Positions 38,138-49,800 of a stretch of DNA of 64,000 nucleotides are shown piece by piece. The notes beneath the pieces are model-generated. The model saw only the letters and a list, made by a program, of their open reading frames with translations. It ran no database searches and had not been told where the DNA came from. The stretch lies in contig JASANG010000753.1 of assembly GCA_030248215.1 (NCBI GenBank), positions 372,001 to 436,000 of the forward strand. The letters are read 5' to 3'. The position numbers and the translations under genes are program-made. Within the stretch, counting starts at the first letter, position 1. Each line of letters begins with the position of its first letter. The DNA is from Enoplolaimus lenunculus. Its lineage: Eukaryota.

Positions 38138-39170
38138 AGATTAGGTATTTACCCGCAACGAAACGCCCGTAGCCAACAGGTCGCTAGTGAACGGGTCATA
38201 CCCAGGTTGTTTTCACTCACAGTATTGTCTAAACACAAAATTTTAAGTATCATAATTTATTCTTTTCAAAATTACGTTTTGATTCTCGTTCGTTTCGCTT
38301 GCCAGTTGTTTTTTTCCACTATTATCGTTCGACCCTCGTCAAAAATTTTCACGATCCGACCCTGTCGTACAAGTGCTTAAACGATTATACGAATTTGTTG
38401 GGTGTAATATAATATTAACGAGCTCTGAGTACCTCTCTCTGTCTCTCTTTGTCTGAGGGACTGTTTGAATTTTGACGAAACTTTTACTGACGAATTTGAC
38501 CATTTCAGCTTTGTGTGGTTTTGTGTGTTTTTGCGGTGTTTATACGAACAACATTTTTAAACGATTTACTTAATATTAATATTTTCTCAACGAATTTTCA
38601 CAATTATTTTCTGTGTTTTTTTGTCGAATTTTAACTCAACGAAAATCTGTTCACGTCTTCCACGCGTGTTCAGAGTCAACACGAACTATTTTAGCCGAGC
38701 GTTTTTTGGTGCTTTTTGAGAGCAAAAGCGTACGATATCTTTGTTGCGGTGTTTGGGAAGACTGCTGTCGCTTTGGTACAAACATTTGGATTCGTCGACT
38801 GTACACCGAACGTTTGGATCCTAATATCCGGTTGTGTTTTGTAAACCGGAATTTTTTTACAGTTTGATCTGCTGTGGTCAATTTTTTCTTTGCTGTTTCA
38901 ACTTTCGTTCGCTTCGACTCAAGTTTTGGAGCGATTGGATTTTGGTCGATTTTGTACTGCTGTGGTTAGAAGCATCTTTATTGTGCTCCGTGTTCGTGTG
39001 ATTATTATTAGCTGATTTGGCTTGCTGTGTCCGCCTTATTCAACGTTGAACTTGTCAACTTGACGATTCGTATTACGAAAATTGTTTCGTTGACGCCGTC
39101 ATCTCTAACAGCGACTGAAAATATTTAGCAATCGCTGGTTTGAAGGAGTTATTACCCTGTGAACGGAATT
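38138..39170 (+). promoter_or_regulatory. Putative promoter / long 5' leader of noggin
   Basis: About 1030 nt free of recognisable repeats, T-skewed, with no ATG on the + strand. There is a CT-rich tract at about 38432-38454. Confidence 0.55.
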
Positions 39171-39384
39171 ATGACTTTTAATGCTTATTTGCCGTCGAAT
39201 GTTATACACGCAAACGAAACAAATTTGCTCATTTTGTTATTAACGCTACCGGATATTTTGCCGATTATAACGAAGTAAGCGCAACCTGGCATCGATTTTG
39301 TGTTAACCTTTTCTCACATGAATATTTTCAATTTCATATGAGATATAATTTCAAGGTAAGATTCGATCGCCAGTCTCACGGGTG

Positions 39385-39440
39385 CTGCGTGGCGCAGTGC
39401 TCGAGTGTTGGACTAACGATCCGCTAGTTTCGAAACCAGT
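39385..39440 (+). mobile_element. Degenerate tRNA-derived SINE-like head
   Basis: A-box-like TGGCGCAGTG and B-box-like GTTTCGAAACC. Confidence 0.4.
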
Positions 39441-39782
39441 AACTTTGTTTTTAGCTGCGTCGAGTAGAAAAAGGTCTGATATCTTGGCCCATATCCAGAC
39501 TGACCTCGATTGCAATCAAACCAATGTTGCCGTTAGACGGTACCTGTAAAACCTCAAAAAACTGTAAATGCCATCAGAAACAAATCGGAGTAACTTGGGA
39601 AGCTTGGATTATGCGCCGAAAAAGCATTATAAACTTTGGCCGGTCCACAAGATGCGTAATAGACCAGGGTCAACAACCACTCGTTAGCTCTACTTCAACA
39701 AAACTTTCCGTTGCAAGCCTTACAAGATCTAAACGCCAACATGTGATACGTGGCACGATTATGTTGGGGGCTTCCTGTTTTT

Positions 39783-40042
39783 GGCCCATGTAAAGATCAG
39801 GGGCAGAACGTTTCTCTGTGGGACTGCAATAAAGTAAGCTTAAGCTTTAGACTATTTTTTTGCTTGGCTTAGGCTTAGGCTTACGAATATTTGCATTCTA
39901 CGCGTAGGCGTAGTCTTAGACTTAGGAATATGCTCATTCTTACGCTTAGGCTTAGGCTTAGGCTTAGACTTAGTCCCATGCTTAGCCTTAGGCTTACGAA
40001 TATGCTTATAATACTGTTCCGCCCCTGTTCTTTACATTGGCC
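39783..40042 (+). mobile_element. Merlin-like TTAGGC MITE M1 upstream of noggin ATG
   Basis: 27-bp TIRs GGCCCATGTAAAGATCAGGGGCAGAAC / GTTCCGCCCCTGTTCTTTACATTGGCC. Flanks ctgttttt/caggtttt. Confidence 0.92.
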
Positions 40043-40097
40043 CAGGTTTTCAACAGCAAAACTAATTTCAATCTGTTTATTGTTTTAGTTTTGCACA

Positions 40098-41087
40098 ATG
40101 GTCAGACGTTTGAAACCAACTGTGCGTTGTTCAAATCATCTCACTACAATTGCAACCTTAATTTGCTTCGCAGCTTGCAATTGCCATCCGCTGTTAAGCG
40201 GCCACAACTGTTTCCACAAAGACCACTCGAAACCAATGATGACCGTGGCGTCGTCAACCGATCACAAGGTATTGGAGTACGCTACTCCATCAACCAACAG
40301 CCCTCAAAAATATCGACGGAGCGCCCCTCGGTCGTCGAACAATTATTTACCCGTCTTACCCCTGATCGAAAATCCTGACCCTAGATTGAACCCTAACCCT
40401 CGCGACTTAAACGCGAGCAAACTGCTAACTCAACTCGGCTCTGAATTTCAGTCGAAATTTATGTCAATTTCAAAACCGGACCACGATCTCGAAGCGCATC
40501 CAAACGGCACTGTTCTGATACCGTTTTCAATCACCCCACGTCGAAAAATCGTTCTACCCAAAGCGAGCGTCGTCCCCACTGCAACTCAACGGGATCGCAA
40601 CGCAACTCGACACATCACCCCCTACGCCGTGAGTATGTTTCACCCTCGAACACTTGACTCTGACCCACAGTTAAATTTCAATTCCCAATTCAATTCAACG
40701 GAGTCAAAACGGGATGTTGTCCTTCCGTATGGATTGCGTGTAAGCATGAAACTTAGTGCAAAACACAAGCGGCGTATAGCCAAATATATATGGGCGTACA
40801 CGAAATGTCCATTACTAATGAAATGGCGTGACTTAGGCGCACGGTTTTGGCCTCGTTGGATCAAAGAAGGTTCGTGCTATAACGCCGCGTCGTGTTCAAT
40901 TCCGCCGGGTATGCAATGTTACCCTGGGAAGCATAGGTATATTGTGCTGCTGCGATGGCATTGTAAATCGCCGGGGGTCAGGATAAAGCCTAGCTATAGC
41001 AACTACAGCTGTTCGTGGATACGAATTCATTATCCTGTGTTAACGTCTTGTGAATGTGGTTGCAGGAATAAGTCGAACGAAATCTAA
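40098..41087 (+). CDS. nog: Noggin (secreted cystine-knot BMP antagonist), 329 aa, uninterrupted CDS
   Basis: N-terminal hydrophobic signal. Clip/finger motif LPVLPLIENPDPRLNPNPRDLNASKLLTQLG...FMS. Basic helix KLSAKHKRRIAKYIW. C-terminal CPLLMKWRDLGARFWPRWIKEGSC..SCSIPPGMQC..LLRWHC..CSWIRIHYPVLTSCECGC with all nine noggin cysteines. A tgttttag| acceptor lies 9 nt before the ATG. Confidence 0.97.
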   Translation: MVRRLKPTVRCSNHLTTIATLICFAACNCHPLLSGHNCFHKDHSKPMMTVASSTDHKVLEYATPSTNSPQKYRRSAPRSSNNYLPVLPLIENPDPRLNPNPRDLNASKLLTQLGSEFQSKFMSISKPDHDLEAHPNGTVLIPFSITPRRKIVLPKASVVPTATQRDRNATRHITPYAVSMFHPRTLDSDPQLNFNSQFNSTESKRDVVLPYGLRVSMKLSAKHKRRIAKYIWAYTKCPLLMKWRDLGARFWPRWIKEGSCYNAASCSIPPGMQCYPGKHRYIVLLRWHCKSPGVRIKPSYSNYSCSWIRIHYPVLTSCECGCRNKSNEI

Positions 41088-41142
41088 AATTTAGCAGATG
41101 AGAAATATGTTTTGATCTCTGTACCATCAAGTATCATTATTT

Positions 41143-41527
41143 GCCCAATGCTAATGAACAGGGGCGGAACAGTGATATAAGCATATTCCTAAGTCTAAGG
41201 CTAAGCCTAAGCCTATGCCTAAGCCTAAGCCTAAGCGTAAGAATAACCATTTTTTAGGTCGAAGACTAAGCCTAAGCGTAAGCGTAAGAATGAGCATATT
41301 CCTAAGCCTAAGCCTAAGCCTAAGCGTAAGAATGACCATATTCCTAAGCCTAAGCCTAAGCGTAAGAATGACCATATTCCTAAGCCTAAAGCCTAAGCGT
41401 AAGAATGACCATATTCCTAAGCCTAAGCCTAACCCTAAGCCAAGCAGCAAAAAAACTGTCTAAAGCTTAAGCTTACTCTATCGCAGTCCCACAGAAAATC
41501 GTTCCACCCTTGACTTTTACATGGGCC
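41143..41527 (-). mobile_element. Merlin-like TTAGGC MITE M1 downstream of noggin stop
   Basis: GCCCAATG...GAACAGGGGCGGAAC start and TTTACATGGGCC end, with internal CCTAAG arrays. Confidence 0.9.
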
Positions 41528-42968
41528 CACATCATTTTAACCTTGGTGTATTTTGAATAGTCAAGTTTCTGAAAACCGTATTTTGCTTCAGATACTTTGT
41601 TAGATGCCATTTTCAGCGTAGTCCTTAACTTAGGGCAAAACTTCGAACAGCCTGGTCAAGCATACCGTTTAGTTTAAACACCGGTTAGTACAGAGGTCTT
41701 GGCGGCAGCAACCCATATTCTCTGTTCGGGGTCCTTTGAAATTGCGCGAGGGTGCGGGGGCATCCCTCTGATTGGAATGTAAGAAGTGCCCGTACCACAC
41801 TACTCTAGAATTACTGGGGGGAAGTTTTTTATTTGGAGTGGGGGTAAGTAAGCAAGTACGTTTCTATTTAATCTTGATTCTTTTCTTAAAACTGTGGCAG
41901 AACTTCTACCAGCAATTTTTTCTGCTTCCACGGGCCAGGGTAATCACCATTACGTACCCTGACTATTAATATAAGCAACTGCAAGCTTTGTAAGTTTTAT
42001 AATATGTGTGATCAAGTGCAAAACTATATTTTTTGCTTTTATTTATTTATGTTTATTGTATTTATTTTGTATATTTATTTCAAACTGAACCAGAAATTCT
42101 TAGTACTTGAACTGGTTCTGTATTTAAAATTAACCTTGTTTGAGTACATAGTACAGCTGAAATGATAGCATATTAGTACTTGAAGTGGTAAATTGTAAGC
42201 GTACGAAGGGAGTATCCAGGGTCGGAGCAGCCACCCCCCGTTGCCCCGATTTGTTTGGCCCCACCCCAAAGAAAGGTCCTCACCTTAACATGATTTTCAG
42301 CAAAAAATTTGAAAAACATTTCATTTCGATCAGTCCGAAGGACCCCCACTCGAGCCAGTAGCCACGGAAGGGCCAGGGTGGGCTCAGTCCCCCGGAAAAA
42401 ATTTGCCCCCCCACAGAAAATTGTCAACCTTTCATAGAAGTCATTGAAAACCTTTGTATGCCACTCCTGAAAAATGTTTAGACCCTCTAGCACGGTCAGC
42501 TGGCTACGGGTTTGCCCGCACCCCGGAATTGTTGTTTTGCTTCCGCCGGAGCCTGTTCCGACACTGGGAGGATTTTCCATAAATTGCTACACATCCGAGA
42601 GTAATGACATTTGTACGGGATTTATGGACTAAAAACCAATTGACCAACAAAGTATCATGAAATATTGCGGATATTTATATGTGTTTTCTATTTTGTTATT
42701 TTGTGTATTACATTTCACTGTTTTGTTGTTGTTGTTGTTGTTGTTGCGATAAACGATTGGTTGAATACGAATTTACTTATTTTTCGAGTGTTTTTATGTG
42801 TTTGTTATTTTTTCTCTTGAAATGCAACCGAGAATTGACTATAATTTTCACCCAAGAACATTGAAACAAATTCAACTTTAAAATTTGAATTAATTTTGAA
42901 TGAAAAAAAATAATTTTTAATCGTTCAACGCAGCTTGAAAATTGAGCTCTTTGCTATGCTCAAAATTA

Positions 42969-43326
42969 CTCTCTAAAGGCTTAAACTAACTTGATTTAAG
43001 CTTAAGCTAATCCAGTAGCATTTATACTAACTTTCAACATTAACCAAAGTAACAGGTAGGTTTACGCTTAAACTCATTTAAAACCTGTACATATTTTCAG
43101 TTTAAGTTAAATTTAATACACTCTTAATACACACATAACTTGTGTGCTACACTTGTTACTTAAACTAATAATAAGTTTACTTAAACTCGTGTTAAGTTTA
43201 AAAACATGTTAGTTTAAGTAAAACTTAAAATTCTGGTTTAGTTAGTCCCGTCCAGCCATTTCAGTTTTACTTAAAATAATATTCAAGTTTAATTCAGCTA
43301 AAATGTAAGTTTAAGTTTTTAGAGAG
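42969..43326. mobile_element. TA-flanked MITE with CTCTCTAAA TIR (second copy about 22074-22420)
   Basis: ta|ctctctaaa...tttagagag|ta. It shares internal ttaagcttaagctaatc and cgtccagccattt with the second copy. Confidence 0.8.
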
Positions 43327-43329
43327 TAA

Positions 43330-43405
43330 GGACCATACGTCTGGAATTGAACCTCGGCCTTTTCTACACTCAAGTCCAACCATAGTTACCATTACACCAT
43401 GAGGT
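43330..43405 (-). pseudogene. tRNA-like sequence (SINE head or tRNA pseudogene)
   Basis: On the minus strand, TGGTGTAATGG (A box) and GGTTCAATTCC (B box). The acceptor stem is not convincingly paired. Confidence 0.5.
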
Positions 43406-46034
43406 CGATTGCAATAACTTCATATTTCGGTATATGTGCACATGTATGGCAAACATTTTGCTTTACACGTACCATGCCCACACTGATCTTATCGTTCAAT
43501 TGCCGAAACGTTTAATTGAGTTATGGTCGATCAAAGTTTGTATCAATTTAGGCTTTTTTCGGAGTTAAATGCAATTTTCGGTTGCATATATTTTTAAATA
43601 TTAGGATTATGGGCTTTGGAACGCTGTATAGAATAACTACGCATGAGCTTCGCAGCCACTTTCCTTGCAATCCTTTTAAAACCTTGATTCTCGTAAACAC
43701 ATTTTAGTCTAAAATTCCACACAAGAGGTGGATGTAAAAAAATTCTGACGAGCGGTGGCCTGCCAAATGTTATGAAACACCAAAAATTGTAAGGTAAAGA
43801 CCGTATCATTTTATCAACAAAAAATTTTCTAAGAAAAAAATTAAGATTTCTTACAAAACATTTCTGAAGGTAAAATTTGTAACCATTTTACGACAAAAAA
43901 TTCGGACGGAAGGCGTACGCTCTATCTCCCCGCCACCCCCCATCTTGATCCATTAGTGATTTGACGTATTATGATAGAAAATAATAACCAGATTCTTGTA
44001 CATTTCCCCGGCATGCTTAGGCTTAGATTTTATATTTCAGAACATGTTCACGTTAAGCCTAACCACAAACCTTTGCCGAAGCTTTTACCTAAACCTGAGC
44101 CTAAATCTAAGCCTTCATCTTAATGTCAGAGAAAAGTGTACCTGATTTAACAAAACGTTAATATTTCAAACGATGATTGGCTAAAATTTACAAGGCAGTT
44201 TGATTTTTAATGCAAAGTTGAACTGGCGTATCCAGAGGTCCTTGGTGTAATTTTTACGATTCTGTTTAGCTTATTTTTTGTGTTCAATTATATTTTTAGT
44301 AGAATTATTTTTCGAATGTTATTTTTAGTATATTAATGCTCATGTTACACGGATGTAACTACACAATTTTAGCAATAGCGTTTACCGTTTAACTTCTGCT
44401 TGTCGTCCAACTTTCCGCAGTGCACAAAACTGTTAGCAAATGCATAAAAATCTGCGTACAAATTTTAAGGAACTGACAATCTTGATTATGTGCTATGAAA
44501 CTATTGTAAACAAAGTATGCTGGTTTATTAAGTGACGGTTTGATGAACATAAAAGAATTTGAAAAACTGCACAAAATCCACTTTTACACGGTCTAATCAG
44601 ATTTAGTTGGATTTTCTAAAATTAAACGGGGGTTTTATGAAATAAAAGTTGACCAAAAATTCATTTTCATTTCAGTAGTTGTTTGGTCTGTCTTGAACAA
44701 TATAAAGCTTAATAATCCGGTGGTAACGCGAGCTCTAATTTATCCGAAAACTGCGTGTAAAACTGTTTTTTGTATGCGTCAATATTTTTATTTTATTTTC
44801 TATTGCCAATATTCTCAAATGTGTGTAGCACCTATCACAAGTTAGCGAATTGCGTTTGTTTCGAACAAGCGAATGCTGTGCTTTGAAAAATGAGCGCATT
44901 TTTGTATTTAATTTGTTATACTTCTTAGTGCAGCTTAGCGATTCGGCGATGCTGTCCGCTTGCTTACTTGAAAACCTATTACTAAACTTTAGGTGCAACC
45001 CACAGCTGAGAATACGTCTTTAATATTCGAGTGTTGTGATTACTGTGTTTTTTATTTTTTTATATAAAATGTATTATTTTGTTACGAATATATTTTTTGA
45101 TACATTTTATTGTTGTTTTTTTATTATTTAACCTTTTTATATATTTATTTTGTGTTTTGTTTGTCGTCTTTTTTGATACTTTATATGCTGTGTTGTTTTT
45201 ATTTTGTTTTCGGAAAATATTTTGCATATATTGTATATTTTATGTGCATATATAAACGATTTTTCAACAAAAAATAAATGCGATCGATCCACTGTTATTG
45301 CCACGTTTATGGGGAGCAGGCATATGCCAAAAATACCGACCAGGGACAGAGGGGACATATCTCGTGTCAAACATTTTAGATACAAGAAAAATACAACTTT
45401 TAATACCGAAATAATCGTTTCGATTGTAGAAGTCAAAAACATTTTGTACACGAGTGTACGTAATCAATTTTGGGCGTGAGAATATTGACTTTAATTGATT
45501 CGTCGTACACATCCTGCAAGTTGGTTCAAGTGAGAATTAACGGTTTGTGTTTGTTTTGTTAACCTTCGAACTTAGAGCCCATGTGAACATCAGGGGCAGA
45601 ACGTTTTTTGTAGGACTTGAAAAGAGTAAGCTTAAGCTTTAGACTAATTTTTTGTTTGGCTTAGGCTTAGGCTTGGGCTTACGCTTACCCTTAGGAATAT
45701 GCTCGTTCATACACTTACGCTTAGGACTAGGCTTTTAGGCTTAGGCTTAGGAATATGCTTATATTACTGTTCCACCGCTGTTCTTTACATTGGCAAAACT
45801 TAGGAAGGTATTCCCTGGAGTGCCGACCAAATTGAATTTTTAACTTCGCAGTGTTACACACGGTAATACGTTTCCGAAATGTGAAATATGGGCTTCGCCT
45901 GTGACGCAGACAATACAGACCGACAACTTCGAATTGACAGATGAAAAACTCAAATTGCTGTAATAAACTCGACTTTAGTCAACATTGGTTGCAAGCTTTG
46001 CAACGCCAACATCACAACGCTTGTTAATGATGTT

Positions 46035-46509
46035 GGCCCATGTAAAGATCAGGGGCGGAACGTTTTTCTGTGGGACTAGAAAAGAGTAAGCTTAAGCTTT
46101 AGACTAATTTTTTGCTTTGCTTAGGCTTAGGCTACGGCTTAGGCTTAACCCTTTCTTACATGAATATATTCTATTTCTCCTGAGACCTACTTTTATGCTG
46201 ATTCGAACTCCAGTGACTGGAGTGGGAGGCGTATACCATCACCACTCAGCTATAGGAGCTTGACGCTCGAGCCCGAGGGGGCTCTCACGTCTTGTGGTGA
46301 TTTAGTACAATGTATACGTGTTGCAATTGTTAAACACGGTGCGATATATACTATTTAACGTATATACACTGCGCTGAGTTTCCTACAGGCAACTCAATAT
46401 GAGAAGGGGTTAACAATATGACCATTCTTACTCTTAGGCTCAGGCATAGGCTTAGGCTTAGGAATATGCTTGCTTAAATACTGTTCCGCCCATGTTCTTT
46501 ACATTGGCC
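46035..46509 (+). mobile_element. Merlin-like TTAGGC MITE M1 with perfect TSD, hosting a piggyBac-like MITE
   Basis: ATGATGTT on both sides (8/8). Confidence 0.93.
46149..46409 (+). mobile_element. piggyBac-like MITE with tRNA-like segment
   Basis: TTAA|CCCTTTCTTACAT...ATGAGAAGGGG|TTAA. It is highly similar to 47357-47620. Confidence 0.9.
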
Positions 46510-46812
46510 ATGATGTTCAAGGCTTCCAGTTTATTCCTAAATGTTAGTTTGAGGAGCGAACCATTTTTTTGCCGCAGCTATAACTGAGTAAGCTTAAGTT
46601 TTACGCCAATTTTTTTACTTGAGCCTGTGTTTATGCTTGTAATTACGCTGAGGCTTAGGCTTAGGAATTTGTTTATACCACTGTTACGAGCGTCAAAGTA
46701 ACATTGGATCCAGTATATAAGAAATATACTGTATAACGATTTGAAAAGTTTACAAAGTTTAAAGCTAAAAGCGTTCCTCGAGTATGACTTTTGTGTGTCG
46801 GCCGTTTCACAG

Positions 46813-49800
46813 GCATTAATTTGGACTATGTCGCCTTATACCGGTACACTGCTGGTGGACAGGATGTAAACTGATAGTAAAAATAACGGAAACGGATATC
46901 CGGTTAAATTCTGCTGGCGTGTTTCAGAACGCCATCTAAACCACCATAGTACATTTGCTGTAATACGTCATTGAGATTTTAACTGCAGGATAAAGTTGTG
47001 TTACAGTTGTGCAGTTGTTTTATTTAAATTGTCCCTATGGAGAGGCTTATGTAAACATCAGAGGCGGAACGTTTTTCTGTGGGACTGCAATAGAATAAGC
47101 TTAAGGTTTAGACTAATTTGTAACAGGGGCGGAACAGTGTTATAAGCATATTTCCAAGCCTAAGCCTTAGCATAATCCTAAGCGTAATGAGCATATTTCT
47201 AGGCCTAAACCTAAGGCAAGCAAAAAAATTAGTCTAAGGCTTAAGCTTAATACTCTATTCTTGTCCCATCGGAAAACTCTCCGCCCCTGTTCGTTAAATG
47301 TGCACTTACACCTAAGCTTACGCCTAAACCTAAGCAAATATTAGTCTAATGCTTAATCCTTTATCACATGAACATTTTCTATTTCCCGTAAGACCTACTT
47401 TTATTGCTAGGATTCCAACTCCAGTGACTGGAGTGGGAGGCGTATACCATCACCACTCAGCTATAGGATCTTGACGCTCGAGCCCGAGGGGGCTCTCACA
47501 TCTTGTGGGTATTTAGTACTATGTATACGTGTTGCAATTGTTAAACACTATGCGATATATGATATTTAATGTCTATACACTGCGCTGAGTTGCCCATAGT
47601 CAACTCTATGTGAGAAGGGGTTAAGCTTACTCAGTTGCAGTCTTGCAGAAAAACTTCCGCCTTTGATACTTACATAGGCTCAAGCTTGTAACAACATCGG
47701 AGCTGCCACAACTTTTTTTGCTTAGGCTGACCGCTTTAGGCATAGGCTTAAGTATAGGCTTATCCTTGCGTTTAGGCTTAGGCTAAACCGTACGCTTCTA
47801 CTCCTGCAACGGCTTTGTGCTATACATTGGTCAAATCTTTGGAGGGTCATGGCTTTTTAGTTGCTACTGTCAACATTTATGGGTCCAGTTCATCTGGTTT
47901 TAGGTAAATTTTTACACTTTGTAAAATACATTTGCAATGATTCGCATTTTATATGCCTAGTGAAAATATAACCTAAATCAAATGGATTCGCTATGCTTAG
48001 ATTAAATAATCTACTTTGGTGTATTTTCATGCTGTTGTATCTTCAGCTTATGAATTATGTATAAACTTTAGTGCTAAATTCAACGCATAATTTGTAAGTA
48101 TAAAGTTTCATTTTAGTAAGTTTGACAAAATACTACTAAGTAAGCTAAGTAAGCTAACGTTTAACCGAATACAGCATGAAAATAGTCAATGGTAAACGCT
48201 TTCAACACAAGAATAGTCATATGGACTGCCGAGTCACAACAAACTGAGCGGTTTGCGGTCCGACCGTGGGGACTATGCACCGCATGGAGCGGGAATAGAC
48301 GAGTCCGACAGTGGCGGATCGTAAATCCAGACCGGAAGTTGACGTTTGCTTTAATTACTGAAGCATGACGAACTTTATAGTTTTGGTCCTTAAGGAAATG
48401 TTTCTTATTTTTATAAAATCTAAAATTGAATTCCGTTTGCAACGATTTTTCGTCTGCAAAATTTGGCCTTTTAATCTACGGAAACTAGAGCAATGAAATC
48501 TTACACCGCTATTAACTATCGGTTGTTTTTATGCGACAGACCGCACCGGTCCAACAGCGGTCCAACCCTGAACCGGCCTTGGACGCAACCTGACCGGACC
48601 GTCGCATTGAGTGGGCCGGACGGTAGAGCAAGGGTGGTCCCGCTCGGACCGGTCCACATCAATACCCGATATAATATCAGGATTCGAATCCTAGCTTTAA
48701 ATTACAGCCCGTATTGTCAAATGCGTGCATCACCTATTGCCAGTTGGCGATATGTCCTGTAACTTTCGAACCAGCGAATGCTGAGGCTCAAAATTAAGCA
48801 CATTGTTCGCGTTTGACTTGCCTTACTTCTGTACCAATTTTCCCACCTGTAATTACAGATGTTCATCAGTTTGAAAACCTATCGCGAACTGGTGACAGGT
48901 GCTATATGCATTTGAGAATATGCTCCTAGATCTCAAATCAAATATAGACAATATTCATGTGACAAAAGGTTATCAGATATGTAAACAAATTTATTTGGTG
49001 ACACAAATATTTGTGAAATTTGACTTTGGCAAATTAAATTTTAAAATTAATGACCACGAACTTTTATAAAATTCAAATGATTTTTACTCAAACGAAAAAA
49101 ATGTTTTCATATATGTAGGCGCTGCAGAAGCAAACGGAAGTTACTTACCGTCAATTTGGGTAAACCTAAGATCTTGAATACATACCATAAAGAATGCGGC
49201 CAAATGTTTCTTTAAGGGGTTACTTTAAACGGCGTCCAGGTTTCTGGTGGGTCTATTAAAGACTACGTTCGGATTATAAATTACATTTTTTGCTTAGGCT
49301 TAGGCTTAGGCTTAGGAACGGCAATTTTGCAACAATTAGGCTTAGGCTTAGGCTTAGGCTTAGGCTTAGGAATACGCTTAATATACTGTTACGCATCTGA
49401 AAGTAACATTGGCCAAGAATGTTACTAATGATTTGACTAATAAGTTAAACTTCTACGCTGTAAATGTTTCAACTACTAGCATGGGTGCTGGAAGATTGGT
49501 TCTGCGAACAGTGTTAACTACAGGGAGTAAAGCGGGCTTGCATGTGGGAACGGACGCAACTGCGCCAGTTATCTGTACTGTAAATTCTGGTGAGTTGATT
49601 AATCAGCTCAGCTAGCGAATTAGTTCTTTCTAAGTTAATATTAGCAAACAATTAACTCATTCTGAGATGAGTTCATATCAGGCGAGCTGCTGGTTACTGA
49701 ACTTAGAATGCGTTAAATCAACTCAAAATTCTAGTGCTAGTTCAGGCTTAGCGAGTCAACTCATTCTGAATTAAAATCAACTCACTGAAATTTACAATGT

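Noticed and set aside
39783..41527. Noggin having arrived as a composite transposon
   Set aside because: The outer flanks (ctgttttt versus cacatcat) are not a shared duplication, and the upstream copy has its own approximate TSD.
43330..43405. Functional tRNA gene
   Set aside because: A and B boxes are present but the cloverleaf stems are poorly paired. Kept only as tRNA-like.
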